Positions 9,601 through 21,300 of a stretch of 36,172 nucleotides of DNA are shown here, in pieces. Positions within the stretch are counted from its first letter, which is position 1; each line of letters opens with the position of its first letter. The notes under the pieces are model-generated. The model worked only from the letters and a program-made list of their open reading frames with translations. It did not search any database and was not told the DNA's origin. This stretch comes from a virus (taxonomy: Duplodnaviria; Caudoviricetes). The DNA is taken from IMG/VR virus record IMGVR_UViG_3300038674_000163, positions 1-36,172 of that record, one strand, 5' to 3'. The translations under genes and the position numbers were made by a program.

Positions 9601-10857
9601 ACAGATGTGCCAGATTGTTTTGCTACACTAAACGAACATTATTTCTCGTTTACTACAAAAGAAGGTCATAATTTATTAGAAGTTACATCTACTCGTAGAG
9701 ATGAAGAAAGGTTCTTTAATGAGAAGACTATGGACTTTCTTTTGTATTTACCAGAGAGAAATGAACAGAAGTTTGCTAATAAAATAACAAACATACATCC
9801 ATTATCTGAAAATACTATGGGTATATTTACTGAGAATGATATATGGTATGTACAATCTGTAACACTGAGCGATGATACAATAGCATACACGAAACCTATA
9901 AAATCTAAGATACCTGTAGGTTGTAGAGAAGGTGATGACATAATAACCGCTTTAGACGGTAAAGCATTAATCTTTCCTACGGCTCGTGGTCTTGCCGCAA
10001 TGGCACCTGAAAACTTTATCGCTACAGATGAAAATACATTAAGTTATCTATCAGATACTATTCAAGACAAATATAACAGATTATATACAGATGTGGTTAA
10101 AAATGTATCATTTGTACCTAATGATTTTGAGACCGGTTATAAATCTGCTATCAAGATATTGACCTATAAATATTGGATACTTGTATATAAATATATGAGT
10201 AGAGATATCTTGGCTTTTGATACTCGTAGTGCTACTTGGTGGAATTGGGAAACACCTTATCCAATAAAGTCAATGACCGTAAATTCTAAATTGTACGTCT
10301 TAATGGAAGTTGATTTTACACCGCTTATACCTTATACAAATCCTGAGGTTAGAAAAGATAACGCTTCTATGTTAGGCGTATCTTTTGTATTTGAGGATGA
10401 GTATAAAGATGTTACTTATTATGACGACATTGTAGAAAATAGTATAAGTGGTGTAAGTAAATCTATATATGAAAATGAGTTTGTAGGTAACAGACGTGTA
10501 ATAGAATATGCTTCACCTATAATAAATTGGTATATACTCAGTCAAAAATTACATTTTAATAACATAAATAATTACAAAAGTGTTTATGGTATTAATATAA
10601 ATTTGATAGGTAATGAAAAACTTATAGCTAAACTATCTACCAAGATATATCGTGATAAGTATCATCCTGAGAACAATGTCAACTTAGAAATAGATGTAAA
10701 TGAGATACGCACTTTTGTAAAAAGGTTAAATCTAATGCACGTTATTCGTTTTCAGTACAAATTTGAAAATGATAGTACTCTAGATAAAATCTTACAGAAA
10801 CCATTAAAACTAAACTCATTATCTATTAAGTACGCTATAAAGGAGGGGATACGCTAA
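6616..10857 (+). CDS. Tail nozzle/hub protein with large insertions including a CBM5/12-like module (1413 aa)
   Basis: TAATG overlap and GGAGG favour ATG 6616. N-terminal DFKGI...AKNV...LTSRP resembles nozzle N-termini; C-terminal region is beta-propeller-like (VGC, ILAFD..SATWWNW). Confidence 0.65.
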   Translation: MPNTFNRQPFSVSTGYSEKIDHFMHADFKGISDNKNDVTVDQFTFADAKNVYVDEQNILTSRPPFKFSDGEAYIVDQWTFGPYCLRLYRVLMTKYTGDSYWPYLIKPTDWMPGDNWPTGLDSLDRPFGIQPRGYKKGDDWPYPQPVDGMEYIVTNPKEYPVSSLYFTFILECTTHDTADFDDYMDKYVWKVNVSSIGWDFIPKVTCVQIEDKIFIWFGGIDFIAFNTSGIIHTDGKNYKYFEDATKYLYFPIHKVVINGIESDLETKNFLTDRYRKRYQYSTFSSVNFDKLIGRDLRVGLNGKMTDGKSKHLYDIKVGDKQSNMIVYPYSPIGNDYQIDVVQTPRTNVILKYNIARHTIEISFDGKSYRVLPELNNILGTPMLTRDGLYAIAFTTQGVAKCKLVAQETSDFVSENDVFVWHIDKYMRNTPTSISNQTVDEIDASFIPSGYFETIDNFAYIFKAKSILSTITGETQYLYAQCLIGNDTIFICKPLITVYGTDDDINWANILPSDNIKIHFSYVTPTVERPDLGPVISIMTNGMNKYVNGTLTQQKAGILTYCLKRYQNNLYPEFVVCDDEGVYQDVSIIVRHDDCVYFVREYAFPCSQMDIKNLTTIVGIDKVIYKYAAGYSLKGTMLYDNIIHYFIDDKVMYDGKVYKCIKNNKATPVTDTTCWTKISDNTNGYEETKIFDSYVKNNITYTIEGAGLSSYSYGGPINYDGYSRFFKVSVNGESILTDKYLWINNSVLTLPSNGMLSNVIEDKERIVINDDELQLINPIDSTVYSGNIYKLSSDLLSLSAGSISSGDWVSYTANAVTEADYLRPGEFGGTPAAPIGLKNNRFLIDKIAADNGNWKRISGNIKSGDLIRLTAYAVYITVPAGNPGNPFNVQMTIQPYEYPAAPTGWQVGDDWPTDWPVHKPLIPTSDNTVRLWAPGDPLPTGNIRIFGIANIVKKTRPLKVDTNGVWYNIDGTLWTSELTEGNIVELDEYINDVNVRTDVPDCFATLNEHYFSFTTKEGHNLLEVTSTRRDEERFFNEKTMDFLLYLPERNEQKFANKITNIHPLSENTMGIFTENDIWYVQSVTLSDDTIAYTKPIKSKIPVGCREGDDIITALDGKALIFPTARGLAAMAPENFIATDENTLSYLSDTIQDKYNRLYTDVVKNVSFVPNDFETGYKSAIKILTYKYWILVYKYMSRDILAFDTRSATWWNWETPYPIKSMTVNSKLYVLMEVDFTPLIPYTNPEVRKDNASMLGVSFVFEDEYKDVTYYDDIVENSISGVSKSIYENEFVGNRRVIEYASPIINWYILSQKLHFNNINNYKSVYGININLIGNEKLIAKLSTKIYRDKYHPENNVNLEIDVNEIRTFVKRLNLMHVIRFQYKFENDSTLDKILQKPLKLNSLSIKYAIKEGIR

Positions 10858-12221
10858 TGGCAATACAACATGGCATTAATATATTGTCAAGTGATATGCG
10901 TAATATACTTGAGAAAAATAACAAGCAACAAAATGGCGTACGTACCTGGCGTCAATTATTCGGCAATGCTTCATTAGGTTATGAGAATCAAGCAGATTCA
11001 TTAAAATCATATTACAGTGAGGCAATGGCACAAGCCTATAAGAGTAATTTGGCACGACAAAATAATATAATGGGTGCAGGTTTGAATGTAGGTGCTACTA
11101 ACGAATTAATATCTCTTAATAGACAAAATCTACAAGATACCTATAATAATTATATTAAGAATTATGCCGCAAATCTAAATACAGCAGCTACAGCCTATAA
11201 TACAGAAGTGTCAAATATTGATAAAGGTCTTACAGAACGTTCCGAGAATTTTGCAAAATTGTACAATTATGCATATAACTATTTGTCAGAAGAACTATCT
11301 AGTTCTGTTGATTCTACAGCAAAGAATTATCTTGATGCTAACAACATGAGTTGGATGTATGAAGGTAAAGGCACAGATAGAAAATTAGCTTCTTGGAATA
11401 ATATTGCCAGTAAATTAAAGAATGATGATGGCAGTCTGAATGAACAAGGAAAAGCTTTCTTTGACCAAATATTCAATGCTAGACCTGAAGGATTCAAAAA
11501 AGATACCGGTGACAATACGAAAACATTTGGTGAATGGCTGAGTGAAAAAGATAATGATTTGTATAACTGGTTAGTTAGTCAAGATTCATTCAATTATACT
11601 TTTGCAGGCACGAATTTAGGTACTGGAAATGTTATAATTGGTAGAGAAAGTACTAATGATGCTTATAATAAAGAGAATTATATTGATATCACTGATATGG
11701 ATGCATTTGCTAATCTGAATATAGATGATAGAAAAGCATTAGATTCTATAGCGGCACTAGACGCGGCAAAGAAAGCCTATGAAGAAAGATTGGCTTATGA
11801 CAATGAAGTAGTAGGTTATGGTCCACGCGGAGAGGAGATTACCAGAGGACAACAATATGCAAATCGTGACCGTGGATATAATATCGACAAAATAAAATTA
11901 AAAGGTAGCGTAGAAATTGCAAAAAAGAATGCTGTGGATGAATGGCAATCTTATCAAAAGAGTGTGAAGGAACAATATACGAAATTAACAAATTTGTTCA
12001 AGTCAAAAATATCAAGCGAAACATACTCAAAATTCAATAATGATAATGAAGCTTTGTTAGCCGAATTTACAGATACTGTAAACAAAATGAAGCAGAGTGA
12101 ATTAGCCTCAAAAGACTTAATAGATAAGTGTAAAGAATTATACAATAAAATCTATAACAATATGATGAGTGTGTTAAAACAAAAATCTGACGCTAATAAG
12201 AGGAAAACATCTGGCTTATAA
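10857..12221 (+). CDS. Putative internal virion / DNA ejection protein
   Basis: 454 aa, N/Q/A-rich and helical, located between the nozzle and the giant protein as in podovirus ejection operons. Confidence 0.55.
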   Translation: MAIQHGINILSSDMRNILEKNNKQQNGVRTWRQLFGNASLGYENQADSLKSYYSEAMAQAYKSNLARQNNIMGAGLNVGATNELISLNRQNLQDTYNNYIKNYAANLNTAATAYNTEVSNIDKGLTERSENFAKLYNYAYNYLSEELSSSVDSTAKNYLDANNMSWMYEGKGTDRKLASWNNIASKLKNDDGSLNEQGKAFFDQIFNARPEGFKKDTGDNTKTFGEWLSEKDNDLYNWLVSQDSFNYTFAGTNLGTGNVIIGRESTNDAYNKENYIDITDMDAFANLNIDDRKALDSIAALDAAKKAYEERLAYDNEVVGYGPRGEEITRGQQYANRDRGYNIDKIKLKGSVEIAKKNAVDEWQSYQKSVKEQYTKLTNLFKSKISSETYSKFNNDNEALLAEFTDTVNKMKQSELASKDLIDKCKELYNKIYNNMMSVLKQKSDANKRKTSGL

Positions 12222-12224
12222 TCT

Positions 12225-12370
12225 TTCTAATATATAATAATTTTCAATGATTATTATATGATAGAATATTCGAGAACAAACTAAATCTGAATCTATTATA
12301 TATGAGAGAATCTATAGCGATATAAATTCTCTCTATATAATAAAGATATTTTCAATCGGCGAAGAGCCGA
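12225..12370 (+). promoter_or_regulatory. Structured intergenic region of three consecutive hairpins ahead of the giant gene
   Basis: IRs at 12225-12266, 12294-12342 (GCGA loop) and 12356-12370 (GAAGA loop). Shares TTCTAATATATAATA with the 104-bp repeat. Confidence 0.7.
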
Positions 12371-12386
12371 GTACAGGAGGTATGAA

Positions 12387-15300
12387 ATGAGTTTACTTTA
12401 TACAGAGGGACTGCTTAAGCAGTACAACAAGGGACAATCTATTGGCACAGAACCAGAAACGACTGATAATGCCAATAGATTTTTTAGTGATTCATACTTA
12501 AATAAGTATGACGTTTTATATAATAAATATAAAGACAATAAAAACTTCGATGTCAATATGTGGCAAGATGCATTTAAGAATGGCGACCAAGATTCTTATC
12601 TCGCACTTCTTGAGCAGAACAAAGATACGCAAATGAGTAAGGAATTCTATGATTCACAGTATTATGACTATGAGACTATGATGCTTGAATTATATAAACC
12701 GCTCGCAAATGCTACCAATGAAGAAGAAAGAAAAATACAAGTCTATGATGCTACACAAAACAAATATGTAGAGCAGAGTCTTGGTAAAATGAGCGACCAA
12801 CAGTTCATTCAATATCAACTCAATGAGGTACGTAATAATCGTAAAAAAGAAATAACTCGACAGTTAGAAGAAGATAGAAAAAAGCAACTTGGCTGGTGGG
12901 GCAAATTTGGTCACGATATTGCTGCCACACTAGGTGAATTTGGCGAAGGTGTACTTGTAGGTCTTTCAGGTATATTAGACGTTGTTATAGCGCCTTTCTA
13001 CGCAACTGATGCTGCTAGTTCTGGTGAAAAAAGTTGGTTTGAAAATTGGCTTGATGCCTTTGTAGATTACTTCGGTTCTCAAGGTGTTACGGCTTTAGAA
13101 AAGGCTACTATTAGAGCAGCCCTTGATGAATATGAGCGTACAAATACACATTTTAGAGATTTAGATGGTAATATCACAGGTATAGGCAAATATGTTGCTG
13201 GTATAGCTAACTCAATAGGTATGATGGTACCGGCGATTGTAGCCAATGCCTTAATACCTGGTGTAGGTACCGCTACATTTTATGCCTCTATATTTAGTGG
13301 TAATATGTACGATAATGCCAATAATCCTGAAACTGTCGGTAGTCCTAGTTGGTTAAAGATTTCAAACGCCGCGATTAAAAGTAGTGCAGAAGCAGTAATT
13401 GAATGGGCTCTTGGCAAATTACTTGGTGGTACAATACAGAACGCTGCCTTAGGTCTTGCTGGCAAAAGTGGTATTGCTGCATTCAAGGGTATAAGCAAAA
13501 CCGCTGGCATTAAGTATTTATTCAAATCTGCAGCACAAGAAGGACTCGAAGAATTTTTGCAAGATTTTAGTACCAATCTTGTAGATAAATTTACGGATAT
13601 GCTATATGAAGGATATGGCAATACAGGTGTTACATTCCAAACACTTATAGACAGTTTTTGTATAGGTGCGCTTTCTTCTATATTTATGTCCAGTGGTCAA
13701 GTCGTTCTTCATTCGACTTCTTCTGCTATTCGTAATATGAAAGAACCTGGTTCTGGTGATTTGTTGATTGAAACTAAAGATGGACCTAAGAAAGTAAGAG
13801 GTTTTACGAAACTTTACTATAGTTCTATCTTGAGTGATTTCCAAAAAGCCTTAGAAGATTTAGGAAGCGGTAAACTAAAGGTTAAAGAAAATATAAAGCT
13901 CGCACAAGAAGTTTACGCAGCTATGTCTGTAATTGCTCAGTACTATTCATCTTTCAGCCCAGACCGTGTAAAAGTGTGTGAAGCACTTCTGAATCGTGTA
14001 ATAAATGCTGAAAAAGAAGTATTTACAAAAAGAATGCATACAGAATTAGAGCACGATGATAAAGCTATATCTAAAGTAATAAACAGTAACAAAGATTTGA
14101 AATCACAAGTAAAAATATCATCCAGAGAAAAAGCAAAAACATTTTCGGTTATTGTTGATATTACATTCCGTTCTATGGTAGGTGGAGTGGCTCTTCGTCA
14201 TGCAGAGAAAATTAAGAAAGTTGCAGAAGATAAAGAAAATGTATTCAAAGAGAATGGTGTTACACAAGTAACAGGTGCTATAGATACTGATGGTGTACGA
14301 TATAAAAAAGACCCGGAAATGGCTGAACTTGAAGAACGTCTTGGTAAAAAGGCTGCAGACAATATAGAAGAGCTTCGTAAAGGTTATGAGTTTGTCATTA
14401 CTACTGATGGTCATATTGCCGTTGAACAAGATGGTTATCTTTTTGTATCTGAAGCATGGTTACAGAATTATACCTCTACTGAAATATACAAATATCTTGA
14501 ACAGACAAAAATATTAGAGACACTCGCTACAGAAGAGGCATTTGCACCTATGCTTAAAAAGCTTATTGCTTTTGATAAAGAATTTACAGGTCAAGAAGAT
14601 GTTAATGCTGAGCGTGCTCTCATGGACCTTTTGTTTAACAAATCTGTATATCAAGCATTTCTTTTGTCACATAACGGTGAGAATGTACATGAGTTTAAGG
14701 CGTTTATATTCCAGTTACATGATATAATTAAATCTCTTGCTAATAGGTCTGCCTATCATCAACAAAAGTTCAAAGGCAAACAATCTCAAAAGCGTATAAA
14801 TTTACTTAATCAAATATACGAGAAGATTAAAGATACTATGCGTGAGCCTACCATTAAGGCTATTCTTTATTGGCACTTTGACCCGCAGACTATTGGTGCA
14901 GATAGTGTATTAACGGCCAGAGACCTTGACGTTATAAATCAATATGAACAGCGTCGTAGAGTTTTGGCTAATGTGGGTAAAAACAAAGATTCTTCTGCCT
15001 ATGAAAATCTTGCAGAAGATATTATTAAAGCTGGAAAATTTAATAATGAAGAGTTGGCTCTTATACGCAAGGTTATAGAAAACGAAACAGAGATTACAGA
15101 CAAAGAACGTACTCTTGTCAGATTATTACTAGATGAAGCCGATTGTCGTATGACAACCTATGATTTTGAAAGACCGAATACCTACGTTCTGGAATCACTT
15201 TCTGAGAGACTGATTGGTGATATAGGTCGTGTATCTAAAATAGATGATTCAACAACTCATGAGCTTTTTAATACAAAATTCATAACTTGGAAATCGCTTG

Positions 15301-18300
15301 CCAAAAATATCATAGAAGAATTGGCTAGGAACAGAGCCCGTCTAGGCCTTTTTTCTACAGATTTCCAGACAAATATAGATAATATTACAAAAGATTTGGG
15401 TAGATTGTATGATGGTACATTCGTAGATAATGGTAAAACCAACACGGAGAATCTTAAAGAACTTCTAACAAAGTTATCAGATTTGATTAACAAAGAAGTA
15501 GAGCACTTTTCTAATACACAAATAAAGAAAAGAACAGATGTAGGTCTTGGTGCATTTACCATTCCTTATCAAGCGATTTCTGCTTTAAACGAAAATAACA
15601 TAGCTGAAGCACAGATGATAACAGATGCACTTAATGAATTTGAACACACCTATGGTATTTCTTTTAGAGAATTGATAATAAATGGCCCGTGGACAGAATC
15701 TAGTGTACGAACAGGTATAGATAAATTTATTGAAGAAATGCGTGCATTTCGTATGTCTTATCTGGCTTTTGCCATCAAAAAACTAGAAAACATGCTAGGT
15801 AATAAATATATTGTAGTGATTAGGTACAAAGATGACATACCATACGATTTTTCTCTTGTTAAACAAATACCCGCTGAGACTTTATTGTCACGTGATATTC
15901 TTAATGAAGATATTGATATTCGTAACGCAATCTTTAGACAAATGCTTATTGAAGACAAACGTACATTAGATGAATTCATCGATATAAGCAAATTTCCGTC
16001 TGAGGTACAGTCTGCGCTTAAAAACATATCTATATCATTTACAGACATAGACTATGACACAACACAAGGGGCGTTTGATGCTGAAAATAATACCATAATC
16101 ATAAGTCCTTCTTATTCATCAAATTATTTTGCAACTCTTGTACACGAAACAAATCACGCCTTACAAAGTGTCTATAATTTACCAAATGGTTTTAGTCCAG
16201 ATGATGCTTTCGCTATGCCAGAATTTTTAGCCTATGTCGTAAATAATTACACTCAACATGTAAATTATGTCTTACGTCGTGAAGGGTATGCAGATTTCTT
16301 CTTTGACAATAAAAAATCTGTAAGCGTCAAAGACATAAAAGCTTTACCCATTTCTGTAAGAGAGAGCATATCATTCTGTGCATATAAACTCGTACAAGGA
16401 GAAATCTGGGCAAGAAGTTATTCACACAATATTGGTCCGGTACACGGTTTTGTTCTTCAGAAATTATCAAACGGTGGTCGCATTATATCACCAGATGGTA
16501 AACACACTTTTAGCTTTCAGTTTGCGCAGAGTCCACAATCTAAGGCTGCATCTACAAAGGCTGTGGCAGATGCTGCTCTTGATATAGCAGTACAAAAATT
16601 ATTCCTGTTAAAAGCACACCAAGAAAGAGAAGGTTATAAGAGTACATCAAGAAATACGTATCATAGTTATTTCAATAAAGGTTCTACAACTGAAATGACA
16701 CAAAAATTGATGCGTTCTGATTTACCTTTGTTTACAAGACATACGGTTAAATTAGACGGTGTGATTAAAAATCCGACAGAGTATTTGTCACCTGAAATAC
16801 TTGAAATGTGTAATGGTGACTTTTCTGAGGGTAACGTATTTTATCGTGTTAAAGAATATGTAGAAACTAATTATGAGGGTATCTCTATAGACCGTAAAGA
16901 TATTACGCATGAATATATATGGGTAAATGATAATGCTTTCGATGATTTGCTTCTTACTTCTATACGTGGTAAAACAGATAGCAATGATACTTCTCTTGTA
17001 AAACAGTATGGTACAGGAGAAAAAATTCCTCTAACTAAATTTTACTCAGAAGGGCAATTGGCAAAACTTGGTATTCATCCAAATGCCTTTGTAGTAATAG
17101 CCTCAAATGTTGTGACAGAAACCCGTTTTGATGAACAACATCGTGTGGGTGCTATATTCATTAAGGCTGATGAGAATACAACTGATTCAGAGATTATTGA
17201 TAAACTTAATCATGAGTTTAGACACATCTTACAATATTATAACGGGTTTGAAACAGGTTTCACACCTGACTTCAAAGTATCAAAAGAAATGATTGCTGAT
17301 GTTAAAAATCATGTGCCTGGATTATTTACAAACGAAAGTATTGTTCGTTGGGCTAAGACGCTGCATAAAGAACAATGGGAAGAAGCAATCGTACAAAGAT
17401 TCGTATATTTCTCTGTCGGTGGTGAAATTAATGCCTATGGATTTAGAGCTTCAGAACTTTATGCTAAACCTACCTTTGTAAATAAAGAAGCAGGTAATCC
17501 TACGATTTTCTTGCCTTGGTATGATGCAAAAACTGGTGAAGGTCGTCATACTACAGAGTTCTTAGCAATGCGTGCTGATGACACAAAAACAAATAAACCT
17601 GATATTAGACTCACACTGCCTAAAGCTAAGAAAGGTCCTAAGTACACTTCTGTAAAGGTAGACTCAATAGAAGATACTATTGAGAAAACATATGTCTATG
17701 ATACTAGACGTGATTTTTCATATAAAAAAGCCAAAGGCACAAACCTTGAGTATTTCATTGTAAAAGGTCAACGTAATCAGATGGACCCGGATTTGCAAGA
17801 TTTTGTCATCGCTACAACTGGGCATGAAGATAAGCTTCCTGAAGAACTCGTTTATGCTATAAAGAATCATACTTTAACAAAACAAGCATTATTCAAATGG
17901 TTTAGACAGGTTGACTCTAAAAAGATAAATGACTTTACATTTGACCTGTTGAACAAATATATATTCAAAAATAATTATATAAGTAATATGAGAGAGCTTG
18001 ATGCTATTATAGCGAGAGACCCAAGTTTCTATTGGGCTGCAGCTCAAGTATTACGTAAAGAAGGTCTTTCGCTTGAGGCACTTGTTACTGATAATGATGT
18101 AGAGAAATTCTTGACATTTATTGACAGTATAGAAGGAAGTAAATGGAAAGAAAAAATTGCTAAAAAGCAGACCGAATTTAATACTCAGTGGATTGAAACA
18201 AGCAAAGGCAACTATGAAAAAGTAGATATCGATACCGACTATCGCATAGACGGATATATGCGTGTATTTACTATGCAATGGTTTGATGGTACACTTGCTG

Positions 18301-21300
18301 GTGCATTTTATATGGCAAATGCTTATCGTAAAACAACTAGAAAATATGAAGAAGAACAACGTGGTGTCTTATCTATTAACGCACAGCAGAAAGGCGAAAA
18401 AGATACTTCTGCCGCTGAAGATATTCTTACTACAAAAAATAAACTCGTAGAAAATAATTCGGTAGGAAATGATATTATAGCCATATATGAAGAGAGTCAT
18501 GTCACTACTGACGATATGATTAAAGACTTAATTAAATACAAATATTCACAAAAGGTAGAAGATGTAGTTAATTTGTTTAATGTATCATCTGAATTAAAAG
18601 ATAAGATGCGTAAAAAATTATCTGATTATAATGAGGTTAAAGATTACTTTACAAAATTGAGTAAGAAAAAAGATTTGACTGATGTTGATAGAGTAATGCT
18701 CAAAGGACTAAAGTCTTTATTTACAGAAATTATATTCTATCAGAAAGCACTTTCTAATATGACCAGTGAAGAAATCGCGGCACGTTATGCAGATGTAAAA
18801 AATGCAGAATTGACAGATACTAAAGTTCCTGATGCTGCATTAGATGCAAAAACTAAACAATATAAACAAACACGTGTTGATATAGTTGGACGTATTAAAC
18901 GTAGTGCTAAATCTCTATTAAAATTGGTGAATGAAGGTAAAGTAAAATTTACAGATTTACCACAAGAAGTACAAGATATGTTCCAATTTGTAGATGCTAT
19001 TACAGAAACAGGCAAAAAGACACAAGTTAGAGAATTAAAACCTGAGGTGTATAGTGTTGGTAGAGGTCGTAATAAACTTCCCGGAGAGACCGATAAAATC
19101 AGTAGATTAAATTATGTACCTAAGCATGATATTACAAAGGGTAATGAGGCCTTTAGACATGACACATCTACTATTCGTGCAAATGATGAGTTACTTCGTA
19201 ATACACTTGATGCTGTCAAAAAATATGCAAAGCAGAAAGATAATACGGTTAAAAAAGCCGTAACTCGTGGTGAACAAGCTTCTAGAACACTCGCAAATAT
19301 TATGCGTACAAAAAATGTACCTAAAGAAAATAGGCTAAAAGAGACTGAGTTTAAGATTAAGAAAAGACAATTCAGACCTAGCGATAAATCTAACATATTT
19401 AATATTATATCTAGTATAGATATGCCTCATGTATTATATGGTCTACTCGACAAATCGTTTGAAGAATTTGCCGATACAGAAGTACAATTTGCTAGCCGTG
19501 ATAAAAATGGTCAATTGTATGATAAAACACAATTCAAAGATGGTGAATTTGATAGTCGTGTAAAACACGAAGTATCTAATTGGGAGGCTTTCTATGAGGC
19601 AAATCGTGAAACACTTTTATCTTTGACACGTAAGGACGTACTCGATATAGTAGAGTTCTTCCAAAGAGGTGTAAGTACAATAGATGGACCAGCAAATAAA
19701 CTGGCTGCGTTTGAAATCTTCTTGTTAGGTTATATTGTAGATGGTGCCCGTCATAATTTTAACAACTGGAATTTCTCTGATGCTGAAATTGAGATGATTG
19801 AAAAATTGTACGAGGCAAAAGCTAGTGCGCATGGTTCTGGTCTTAATGCTGTACAACAAATGATTAAAGTCGTAAACCCAATGAGAAAAGTTAGACAGCG
19901 TATGTTTGATGATTGGGATGCTATAAGTGACCATGATAAAGATGAACTCATTGCTGCAGTAGAAAGTTTACAGAATGAGAAAGACGCAGAACTTCGCAAA
20001 ATAAAGGTCAAAAAGGTACAAGAAATGCTTAAAGATTTTGGTAAGCGTCAAAGAGAATCTGACAAACTAAAAACTAAGCGTTGGAGTAAAGGCTGGTGGA
20101 AGAATTTAGGTGGTAAAATTAAATCATATAGATATATGTCTATGTTATCGAGTCCTATGACCTGGATACGTAACGTCATATCTAACGTTATAATTACCGT
20201 CTTTAATAAGACAAGTGATGTAATTGGCAGTATAGTCTTCAGTCGTAAAGGTTATCGTGAGGACCAATGGAATCTAAATAAGGTTAAGATAAGTGCAGAG
20301 GTAAAGACTTTCATTGATGAAAACATACTTAAGAATCCGGTGTTCAAACCTTTGTATGATATGACTAATAAATATGACCCTAGACCTAGTAAGAATACAA
20401 CTAAGGAAAGAAATTTACTTGTATCACTAATAGCAAAAGCTTATGAAAAACAATATGCAAAAGAAAACCGTTTTGACAGTAAGGTTATGAAGAATGTTTC
20501 TAAATTTATTGACAAAATGATTAGTGATGAATACTTTGTTAAATTCGTTGCAGGTCGTTATTTCGGCAAGATGTTGACTTTAGAGATGGAGAAAGGTAAG
20601 ATAGATTTGTCTAAAGGATTGACTGATGAAGTCGCAAATTTATTTGCAGAAAGTGTTATAATGGCTAATATTGAGTATATGCATAAGCGTTCGTTTATGG
20701 CAGATATGCTTGATGGTATTCGTGATAAACGACCTGTATTGTATGAGGCATTAACTTTCTGGCAACCGTTCTTGAACTCTTCGTTTAACTGGTTTGCTGA
20801 AGCCTTTAAGTATACACCTTTCGGTCTCGCGACATCTATTATAAAAATGACACGACTTGAGAAACAAATAGAAAAACTCGATGCACGTCGTGCAAAAGGA
20901 GAAATGGTGGTAGATAATCGTGTCGCTGAGTTCTTGATAAGACGTGACGTAGGCAAAGGTATATTAGGTTTGGTACTTTCTGGTTTTGGTATATTACTCG
21001 CTTCTATTGGTCGTATTCGTATAGACGAAGATGATGACAAATTCTATATGTATATTGATGAACAACTTAAACTTGATATAACTTCTCTATTTGGTTCTTC
21101 TTCTGTTTTAGTAGGTGCATCTGTTGCACAATTATGGGCGAAAAAGATAAACGGTGATTCTATTAAGTTTGAAGAAATGTTATCTATATTAACAGATACT
21201 ATGCTTGAAGGATTCTTTGCTGTAGATATTCTTGAGCGTCATAAATGGGGAGGTACCTGGGATGATTTGTTAACAGAAATAGAAAGTGTGCTTCGTTCCT

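Noticed and set aside
12382-12390. ATG-AAA-TGA minigene overlapping the giant gene start
   Set aside because: Its ATG is 1 nt from the RBS, too close for initiation; likely chance.
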